A DNA stretch of 64,000 nucleotides, from positions 4,278,001 to 4,342,000 of the forward strand of contig OZ024742.1 of assembly GCA_964016885.1 (NCBI GenBank), read 5' to 3'. The translations under genes and the position numbers were made by a program. The notes under the pieces were generated by a model, which saw only the letters and a list, made by a program, of their open reading frames with translations, had not been told where the DNA came from and did no database searches. Numbering within the stretch: the first letter of the stretch is position 1; each line of letters begins with the position of its first letter. Shown here one piece after another: positions 1 through 12,301 of the stretch. Source of the DNA: Eledone cirrhosa. Lineage: Eukaryota.

Positions 1-106
1 TCTGACCATGGAGTTTGTTATTGAAGTAGGAAAACTTTGGATTTTACAGTTTTTAAAATAAATCCCAAGTTTAGTTTGTCTTAATCTCAAGGTAATGAGC
101 ACAACA

Positions 107-195
107 GAAGTCCGACGAGCTTTCGATTCCAGAGTCGGGCTAGATCAATACAAATCGAAACTTGAGCTCTTCAATAGCGAAACGCGCGTCACTAC
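107..195 (+). ncRNA. Type I hammerhead-like motif, U4C core, expanded stem II
   Basis: gaagt CCGACGA gctttcga...tcaatagc GAAAC gcgc GTC actac, then aataaa; diverged homologue at 48613-48705 shares tcgattccagagtcgggc. Confidence 0.55.
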
Positions 196-345
196 TCAAT
201 AAACATAATGAAGACATACCAAATCGTCCTTTTCATTATTATTATTATTACACTCTGCTTAGTACTACACCTCTATACTTACTGGAAACTATGCATCGAG
301 TCCTCACTCGAGTGAACCTACGTTAACTGGACGTTATAATCCTTG

Positions 346-406
<61 letters not shown>
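346..406. repeat. (TA)n microsatellite, representative of dozens of TA/CA/GA tracts
   Basis: Direct reading. Confidence 0.98.
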
Positions 407-409
<3 letters not shown>

Positions 410-645
410 ATGATATTAATAAATGGAAAGTATATTTATAAAACCATATTTATTTTATTATATATATTTCAAGGGTACCGAAATTTTGGTACGCTCTCAT
501 CAGATAAAATACAAAATTTGCTTTATAAATGTTGACATACCCAAGAAACCTGACCTGAACCTGAACCGATAAGGTCTGGTTTCTTAGGTATGTAAAATAA
601 ATATGGTTTTATAAATATAGTTTCCATTTATTAATATCATTGATA
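404..645 (-). mobile_element. Non-coding fold-back mini-element, probable non-autonomous PLE derivative
   Basis: Inverted arms about 404-457 and 593-645, internal hairpin 535-593, contains an HHR, abuts (TA)n; decayed relative at about 15740-15878. Confidence 0.7.
451..511 (-). ncRNA. Type I hammerhead ribozyme, AUA site
   Basis: Minus strand: tattttat CTGATGA gagcgtacc aaaatttc ggtaccctt GAAAT atat ATA ataaaata; perfect 8-bp stem I, palindromic stem III. Confidence 0.85.
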
Positions 646-729
646 TTATACTCCCGAAAAGCTGTAGAGTGCTTCGAATCTGTTATAAATAAATTTGTTG
701 AATAACCAACAAATTAAATATCTCTTTGC

Positions 730-764
<35 letters not shown>

Positions 765-890
765 TATATATAAGAAACACACGCACCAGTTGCTTTCACT
801 TCAATTTATTATAATAAATTTATAAATTTAGGAATTTATATATTTCCGGTTGGTTGGTTGGTTCCAAAACCAGATGATTGTGTATATATT

Positions 891-933
891 GTCAACGTTC
901 TTTCGTCACACATTCTGTGACCTCTTCAGCGAC
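891..933 (-). ncRNA. Hammerhead motif of PLE family A 3' UTR, cleavage site mutated
   Basis: gtcg CTGAAGA g gtcaca gaatg tgtgac GAAA gaac gt tgac. Confidence 0.65.
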
Positions 934-1120
934 TGGGGATTTTTTCTTTGTTTTTGTGCCTCTCCTTTGTTCTGTCCTACGCCATCTTGTTTTTGTGTGC
1001 GTTGTGTGCTTAGTTTGCGCATGTGTTACATCCGGGTGTCTGTGTGTGTTTATATTTGTTTATTTATTTGTTTACTGGTTGGTTGTTTGTTCTATGTGGG
1101 TGTGTGTTTTCATTTTGTCC

Positions 1121-2033
1121 TTAATTGTAAGTTGTGATGTTGCTGTTCCATTCATGTTTTCTATTTAATTTTGGTTGGAGTTCATTTATGTTTACTGCCT
1201 CTGTGATTTGTCTAAACATTGCGTCTTTTCTGTGTGTAGATTCTATTTTTATTTCTATGTTCTCTAATTTACCCTTATGTTCTATTTTAACATGTTGGTA
1301 GAGTACAGATGATTCTTTACTATCTTGAAGGTCTCGCCAGTGTTCATTTATCCGTTCCCCTATACTACGAGCTGTCTCACCTATGTACACTATATTCTTA
1401 TCTCTACATTGTCCTTCAGTACATCTTATGCTATATACTACATTTCTAGTTTTACAGTTAACATGGGGGCTTAATTTACAGATTATACATTTCTTATCAA
1501 TACAGGGAGGTCTTTGAAAAGGGTATGTATTGCTAATAAGTGTTTTTATGGAGGTACCTGGTCTTTCTACTATCTTAATATTGAGTTTATGTTTATCTAG
1601 GGCCCTTCTAAATTTGTAAGCTAATTCACCTCTAGGGGTTGTATCGATGAACATTACACTCTGGTATTTATTGCTATCATACCATGAGTTTATTCTATTA
1701 ACCTTATTCCTAGTTCTTTCTATTCTATTCCAAACTTTGCTCCTATACAAGGGGCAGGTCCAATTTGTGTCATTATATACCATTTTTTCTCATTTGGTTC
1801 TGGCTCCTCTATACACTCTGATTTTATCTCTCTGATTGTAACCAGAGAACTGCATACGGTGGATGAAGTGTTGTATGTGTCGCTCTAGTTCTTTGGGGTT
1901 GCACATGCAGGACACGTTTCTCATCATCCGTACCAAATCTGCAATCAGTATGTTGATTTTGGTATGGTCCGAAACAGCTGAGTTTGGGTGGATCAGATAT
2001 TTGGAAGTCATGGGTTTGGCATAATGGGAATGG
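1121..2033 (-). pseudogene. PLE RT thumb, linker and GIY-YIG endonuclease fragment (Neptune-like Cys linker)
   Basis: ORFs 1790..2011 and 1121..1783 are in one frame, separated by a TGA at 1792-1790. Confidence 0.88.
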
Positions 2034-2187
2034 GAAATCTTCCATTCCCATTATAAATAAACAAATATAAACACACACAGACACCCGGATGTAACACATA
2101 CGCAAACTAAGCACACATCACACACAAAAACAAGATGGCGCAGGATAGAACAAAGGAGAGGCACAAAAACAAAGAAAAGAATCCCCA

Positions 2188-2230
2188 GTCACTGAAGAGT
2201 TCACAGAATGTGTGACGAAAGAACTTTGAC
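2188..2230 (+). ncRNA. Hammerhead motif in inverted arm of PLE family A
   Basis: gtca CTGAAGA g ttcaca gaatg tgtgac GAAA gaac TT tgac. Confidence 0.7.
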
Positions 2231-2457
2231 AATATATAAACAATCATCTGGTTGTGGAACCAACCAACCAACCGGAAATTTATAAATTCCTAAATTTATA
2301 AATTTATTATAATAAATTGAAGTGAAAGCAACTGGTGCGTGTGTTTCTTATTGGCAACATGACCCTCCATAAGTATTACAATATATATATATATATATAT
2401 ATATACAAATCCATCGACTACGTTGAACACAAGTGTTAAGTTGATTCTTCTGCTTTG

Positions 2458-2461
<4 letters not shown>

Positions 2462-2549
<88 letters not shown>
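2462..2549. repeat. (GA)n microsatellite
   Basis: Direct reading. Confidence 0.97.
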
Positions 2550-2553
<4 letters not shown>

Positions 2554-3212
2554 TCGTGAGCACAATGTTACTAAATAGTACTTTTCTCTGATATTACAAA
2601 GAACCACTATATTAAGAGTGTCTGTAGGCTGCGTTATTATATGTATAATATTCTAGTCTAAGTATCTATTCTATACAATCAGTTCTAAGCAGACAATAAT
2701 GCATCCAGCAGGGGGCCACATTATGACGGCGGCTATTTAATAACTAATATTTCTTGATTTTCTTCCTCTTTCTCCCCCATCCTCCTTGAAGACTAACGTT
2801 TTAGATTGAAATGCACTTCAGAATTCTGAATGGAAATTCTGCCTACTGCGTAATTTTCTTAACGAATCTAAAATGTGTCATCAAAGGCCTTGAAAGGAAC
2901 AGTAGCTGTTTAATTTAAGACGATGGTCACAACAAAGAAATAATGAAGTTGTATCTTATGGCGTATGAAGCTGCAAATAATACGTGGAACAAGTGTCTTT
3001 ATAAAAACTAGTTTGATAACAATCGGCTCCAAACAAAGAAATATCGCTTCTTAACAGGGCAGAATTATACAGTACTAATTAATATTAAAAGTTCCGAATA
3101 TCTTGTCCTCCTTGAAGAAATAGTTTAAATACTTCAAACTTCTGAATAAAATAACGCCTACTGAATAATTTTCTAAAACGAATTCACCAGTAAATGCTGT
3201 AGATGTAACACA

Positions 3213-3945
3213 TTATCATCATCAGGTCGAGCTTGCTCGGCTTTCTACGGCACGTTTTCTCCATCCATCTCTGTCTCTCATAGCGTTTGCCAGTTCTTCC
3301 GCAGTGCATCCAGTATCGTCCTCAAGTTGCTTGACGTATGTCTTCTTGGGACGACCAGCGTTTCTTGCTCCATGAGATGGACTCCATAACAATACATCGC
3401 CTGCTATTTCTTCCTTGTTGCGCCAACAATGGCCAGCAAATCTGAGTCTCTGTCCACGTATTGACCTGCTGATAGGTGGTATATTGCCATAGAGATCCTT
3501 TATTTGTTGGGTGTTCCCTCCAAGACACGTTTAAAGTAGTGTGGAGCATACGTGTGTATGCCCCCGTTTAGCTTTTTTCCAGTTTCGACGTTAGCGTCCA
3601 AGTGATAGAGCTATAAACAAGCACAGATTCCACAGCAGCTCTGAAGAAATTCCTTATCAGTTTGGCCGGCAGGTTTGATTTCCATATCTTTTCCATTGCA
3701 TTCAATGCTCCCCAGGCTTTTCCCAGTCTGATGTTAACATCATATTCTGTGGAGGCGATATAGCTACCCAGGTATTTGAAGTCGTCAACTTGCTTGATTA
3801 TATCGCCGTTTAGACTTCGCATACCAACAGAGGAGTCTTGGTTCAGGCAAATATATTCTGTTTTGCCTGCGTTGACATAGAGTCCGATTTCCTTTGCAAC
3901 TTAAGGATGCAACATCACTACTTCACAGCATCGAATCAGTTGCAA
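3213..3945 (-). mobile_element. RTE-clade LINE 3' fragment with 5' inversion and 12-bp target-site duplication
   Basis: VDDFKYLGS...VESVLVY...RLRFAGHCWR...GRPKKT; (GAT)n tail; agatgtaacaca at 3201-3212 and 3946-3957. Confidence 0.9.
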
Positions 3946-4198
3946 AGATGTAACACACTGACATATTACAAATATGTTCTCTCTGTATATATAAATGAAG
4001 ACTTTAGAATGTCCTGTAACGTCCATGCGTTACATTCCCTGGTTGGAAAATAGCTGATTCGCCCGATATGGGCCACTATGTCTCCTAATTTCGACCAAAC
4101 CACTTTGAATGCAAAATCTGACACACCCGCATTTTTCCCCGCGTCTTTCAAAATTTGAAGGACATGATTTCGGGTCTCACATTCTAACAATAAGCATG

Positions 4199-4243
<45 letters not shown>

Positions 4244-4272
4244 GTGCGTGTGCGTATATATATATATAAGAT

Positions 4273-4481
4273 GTGAGAAAAACCACAGACCCTCCATCTC
4301 AATTCTACATTTGAAAAGTAGAAGAACTGCGAAACCGGTAAAGGAACCAAATAAATATATATATATTTTTTTAAATAAGACTCCAGTTGCATTTTCAATT
4401 TCATCTTTTTTTCCTTATACTTTCACTCGTGTAGGATACCTCGGTTATTTCTCATTCTGTAAAAAAAAACCTCACTTTCTA

Positions 4482-4483
<2 letters not shown>
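4273..4483 (+). mobile_element. About 210-bp non-coding element with U3-A8 hammerhead; second copy at 10728-10921 on minus strand
   Basis: Two similar dispersed copies, both embedded in (TA)n. Confidence 0.75.
4307..4344 (+). ncRNA. Minimal hammerhead, U3-A8 core
   Basis: TTGAAAA gtag aagaa ctgc GAAAC cg GTA aagg; sister copy supplies the cctt stem I arm and gcag/ctgc stem II. Confidence 0.6.
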
Positions 4484-4528
<45 letters not shown>

Positions 4529-4531
<3 letters not shown>

Positions 4532-6012
4532 TGTTATACTTTGGGAGGGTCATGTTGCCAATAAGAAACACACGCACCAGTTGCTTTCACTTCAATTTAT
4601 TATAATAAATTTAGAATAAATTTATAAATTTATAAATTTCTGGTTGGTTGGTTCCACAACCAGATAGTTGTTTATATATTGTCATAGTTCTTTCGTCACA
4701 CACTCTGTGACCTCTTCAGTGACTGGGGATTCCTTTCTTTGTTTCTGTGCCTCTCCTTTATTCTGTCCTACGCCATTTTGTTTCTCTGTGTGTGTTGTGT
4801 GCTCAGTTTGCGCATGTGCCACATCCGGGTGTCTGTGTGTGTTTATGTTCATTTATTTATTTGTTTATTTACATGTTACTGGTTGGTTGTTTGTTCTATA
4901 TGTGTGTGTTTTCATTTTGTCCTTAATTGTAAGTTGTGATGTTGCTGTTCCACTCATATTTTCTATTTAATTTTGGTTGTAATTCTTTTATGTTTATTGC
5001 CTCTGTAATTTGTCTAAACATTGCGTCTTTTCTGTGTGTAGATTCTATTTTTATTTCTATGTTCTCTAATTTACCCTTGTGTTCTATTTTACCATGTTCG
5101 TAGAGTACAGATGATTCTTTACTGTCTTGAAGGTCTCGCCAGTGTTCATTTATCCGTTCCCCTACACTACGAGCTGTCTCACCTATGTACACTATATTTT
5201 TGTCTCTACATTGTCCTTCAGTACATCTTATGCTATGCACTACATTTCTAGTTTTACAGTTAATATGGGAGCTTATTTTACAGGTTATACATTTCTTATC
5301 TATACATGAGGGTCTTTGAAAAGGGTATGTCTTGCTAATAAGTGTTTTTACGGAGGTACCTGGTCTTTCTACTATCTTAATATTGAGTTTATGTTTATTT
5401 AGGGCCCTTCTAAATTTGTAAGCTAATTCACCTCTAGGGGTTGTATCGATGAACATTACACTCTGGTATTTATTGCTATCATACTATGAGTTTATTCTAT
5501 TAGCCTTTTTCCTAGTTCTTTCTATTCTATTCCAAAATTTGCTCCTATACAAGGGGCAGGTCCCATTTATGTCATTATTTACCATTTTTTCTCATTTGGT
5601 TCTGGCTCCTCTATACACTCTGATTTTGTCTCTCTGATTGTAGCCAGAGAACTGCATACGGTGGATGAAGTGTTGTATGTGTCTCTCTAGTTCTTCGGGG
5701 TTGCACATGCGGGACACGTTTCTCATCAACCGTACCAAATCCGCAATCAGTATGTTGATTTTGGTATGGTCCGAAACGGCCGAGTTTCGGTGGATCAGAT
5801 GTTTGGAAGTCATGGGTTTGGCATAATGGGAATGGAGGATTTGTTTTTTGTTATTAAGGGTATCTAACCAGAGCTCTGTGTCTAGTACAGGTAATCGATG
5901 GTTGGGGTGTTTACTTGGGTAGTCTATAGTAACTCTAATGCTCTGGTGGATGGAGTTAGCTATTTGCTGGATGCTTTCCATTGTGTTTTTCTCTAGTTCT
6001 TGACTCTAGTTC
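4529..6012 (-). mobile_element. Penelope-like element family A copy 2, 5'-truncated
   Basis: ORFs 5592..5981 (LPVLD...HYAKPM) and 4923..5456 (GIY-YIG); closely similar to 771-2033; terminus tattgttatactttgggagggtcat next to (TA)n. Confidence 0.92.
4681..4723 (-). ncRNA. Hammerhead ribozyme of PLE family A, CUA site
   Basis: gtca CTGAAGA g gtcaca gagtg tgtgac GAAA gaac TA tgac. Confidence 0.78.
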
Positions 6013-6060
6013 CTTTGATAATTGTATAATTATTTATTTATTATTATATATATATATAAC

Positions 6061-6152
<92 letters not shown>

Positions 6153-6218
6153 GATATATATATATATAATAATAAATAAATTATACAATTATCAAAGTTG
6201 TGTTCAAATCATTTAATA

Positions 6219-6263
6219 GCTGACAATCGTTTCTTGCAAACTCTCGTTTGGAATCATCGGAGC
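6219..6263 (-). ncRNA. Hammerhead, U4C core, left arm
   Basis: gct CCGATGA ttccaaac gaga gtttgcaa GAAAC gatt GTC agc. Confidence 0.72.
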
Positions 6264-6721
6264 ATTATCAATGTTTGCACATACAATTACCCTCCTATTC
6301 AACTGAACAAGAAGGAGACAAGCAAAGCTATTATGCATAATAGCTATATGCATAATAGCTTTGCTTCTCTCGTTCTCATGTATATGACTTACGCAGTCAC
6401 ACTATCCACACGCCTGCATATGATTTGTTATCGCCCTCCTCCCTTCTCAAAACTGCTTCCTCGATGCCTCTTTGATATTTGAACTATTCCCTCGTTTTAA
6501 CTGTTGTATATATTCCACTCCGTGCTTTTGATTTTAATTTTAATTTTGATTTGAATTTGAACTTGAATGCTTGTACAATTATTGTACAATTCTCGTAAAA
6601 TATATGTTACATCCATTCCACCCTGTAAATACGAAACTGTTGCTCACAACATCAATTTATAAGTATCTATACTATTGTTCAGTTGAATAGGAGGGTAATT
6701 ATATGTGTAAACATTGATAAT

Positions 6722-6766
6722 GCTCCGATGATTCCAAACGAGAGTTTGGAAGAAACGATTGTCAGC
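6722..6766 (+). ncRNA. Hammerhead, U4C core, right arm
   Basis: gct CCGATGA ttccaaac gaga gtttggaa GAAAC gatt GTC agc; perfect 8-bp stem II with GNRA loop. Confidence 0.78.
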
Positions 6767-6994
6767 TATTAAATGATTTGAACACAACTTTGATAATTGT
6801 AAAATTTATTTATTTAACTGCTCTGTAAAACAACTGATTTTCATACATTGAGCTATTTCTCTTACTGGTAATAAGGTAATTGAGAAATTACTGACCTTCC
6901 TGTTTATAATATACATAACTATAAATAGTATTATTATTATTATTATATAACTACTGTACGTCTGTATACATATATGTATGTACGTATACATACT

Positions 6995-10247
<3,253 letters not shown>

Positions 10248-10306
10248 TGTATTTATATATATGTGTGTATTTGTATATATATATATATATGTTTTAATAT
10301 AGATGG

Positions 10307-10355
10307 GATTCTACAGGTATAGAACTGTTTCATTCTTTAGAAATCATCAGGAATT
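10307..10355 (-). ncRNA. Type I hammerhead, GUA site, within a 150-bp element at 10291-10440
   Basis: attc CTGATGA tttctaaagaat GAAAC ag ttctatac ct GTA gaat; same family as 16501 and 31120. Confidence 0.8.
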
Positions 10356-10435
10356 TGGCTTTCCAAAAATGAATGTTGTGGTATTTATATCTTTTAATGT
10401 GGTAGGAGCGTGTGGGGAGTGGGATGGGTGGAGGT

Positions 10436-10512
<77 letters not shown>

Positions 10513-10654
10513 GATATATATATATATATAAATGTAAATATCCATGTATACTAAGAGTGAGAAATGAAATTTCGTTTCATTCTATTTTCAACTGATATAT
10601 ATATATACCTACATATAAATATATATATTTATATATATATACACATATATATAT

Positions 10655-10686
<32 letters not shown>

Positions 10687-10847
10687 GGAGAAAAAATTTT
10701 CTTTCTAATATATATATATATATATATATTAGAAAGTGAGGTTTTTTTTTACAAAATGAAAAATAACCGAGGTGTCCTACACGAGTGAAAGTATAAAGAA
10801 AAAGAGATGAAATCGAAAATGCAACTGAAGTCTTATTTAAAAAAAAA

Positions 10848-10885
10848 TATATACCGGTTTCGCAGTTCTTCTGCTTTTCAAAAGG
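10848..10885 (-). ncRNA. Minimal hammerhead, U3-A8 core, 3' stem I arm lost
   Basis: cctt TTGAAAA gcag aagaa ctgc GAAAC cg GTA. Confidence 0.55.
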
Positions 10886-11034
10886 TGAGTTGAGATGGAG
10901 GGTCTGTGGTTTTTCTCACATATATATATATATATGAATGTGTATATATATATGTGTATATATATATAAATATATATATATATGTATGTATATATATATC
11001 TATATATATATATATATGTATAGCGGCGATGAAT

Positions 11035-11461
11035 TAGTTTTGCGAGGTTTTTTATATGAAATCGTGTGTCGAAACAAATATTGTTATACTTGGGGAGGGT
11101 CATATTTGTGTAATATTGCCAGAATTAATAACAGAACACACTCACTGTTTGGTTGGTTTTCGCTTCTCGCTGTCTTTTATATCGGTAATCTAACTTACTC
11201 GGTCCTCAATGTTGCCATTGACTGACCGATGGTCAAAAATAATACAGATACAATATAGACACAAACACATATATATAGTTTATCATAAATCTTTCGTTGC
11301 ACATCTGCAACATCGTCAGTGGTGTTATATTTTCCTCCTGTTGTGTTAGATTACCGATATAAAAGACAGCGAGAAGCGAAAACCAACCAAACAGTGAATG
11401 TGTTCTGTTATTAATTCTGGCAATATTACACAAATATGACCCTCCCCAAGTATAACAATAT
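11035..11461 (-). mobile_element. Mini fold-back derivative of PLE family B with hammerhead at 11281-11323
   Basis: Matches 29112-29420; arms about 11078-11192 and 11346-11461; CTGACGA t gttgca gatg tgcaac GAAA gatt TA. Confidence 0.85.
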
Positions 11462-11607
11462 ATATGTATATATATATGTGTAAATGTATATATATATATA
11501 TATATTTGTGTATGTGTTTATGTATTTTGTATATGTGTATATATATGTGTATTTCTGTAGATGTGTGTGTATATGTTTATATATGTGTATATTTATATGT
11601 ATATGTG

Positions 11608-11746
<139 letters not shown>

Positions 11747-11921
11747 CTTTGGACTATATTTGTAATATGGTTCTTAATGTTATATACATCCTTAGTTATT
11801 CTTATTATATATTTTTATTATTTTTATTATATATTTTTGCAAAACTTTAGTGTATGTACAGTCCATATTCTTCGGAGCTTCCGGCTTGTATCTGCCGATA
11901 TTACTTCTTGTTGTTTTAATT

Positions 11922-11959
11922 GCCTTGATGAGTCCTTAATAGGACGAAACATTGTCGGC
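11922..11959 (+). ncRNA. Minimal type I hammerhead (C3U), followed by AATAAA
   Basis: gcc TTGATGA gtcct taat aggac GAAAC att GTC ggc. Confidence 0.8.
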
Positions 11960-12108
11960 TAATAAAAACTTTTGATGTATTAAAGGCTTCTTTGTTTTAC
12001 TCTCTTAATTTTTCGGCTCTGTTTAACTGCATTGAGCTATACCTTTTACTGTCATTTCTATAATACGAAGAGGGTGTTTAACTCCAACACGCTCCAGTAT
12101 TTTAATCC

Positions 12109-12296
<188 letters not shown>

Positions 12297-12301
12297 GTAT
12301 T

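Larger units (their letters stand above)
771..2383 (-). mobile_element. Penelope-like element family A copy 1, 5'-truncated, capped by an inverted copy of its 3' UTR
   Basis: RT C-terminal region plus Cys-rich linker and GIY-YIG (VVYSIRC...VYIGETARS...E...LN); 771-1067 is inverted at 2053-2350; flanked by (TA)n. Confidence 0.92.
6171..6816. mobile_element. Non-coding fold-back element, about 140-bp inverted arms each with a hammerhead
   Basis: 6171-6310 is the reverse complement of 6675-6816; no coding capacity between the arms. Confidence 0.85.

Noticed and set aside
771-1120. SECIS element to explain the shared UGA in PLE family A
   Set aside because: No AUGA/GA quartet with apical AA stem-loop recognisable by eye; needs a dedicated search
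3966-4200. Protein-like minus ORF segment (LLECETRNHVLQILKDAG...)
   Set aside because: No recognisable domain; the ORF start lies in microsatellite and repeat sequence
6171-6816. Calling the fold-back elements DNA-transposon MITEs
   Set aside because: Arms are often unequal, contain hammerheads and match the inverted-cap geometry of coding PLEs in this window; no transposase or clear TSD seen
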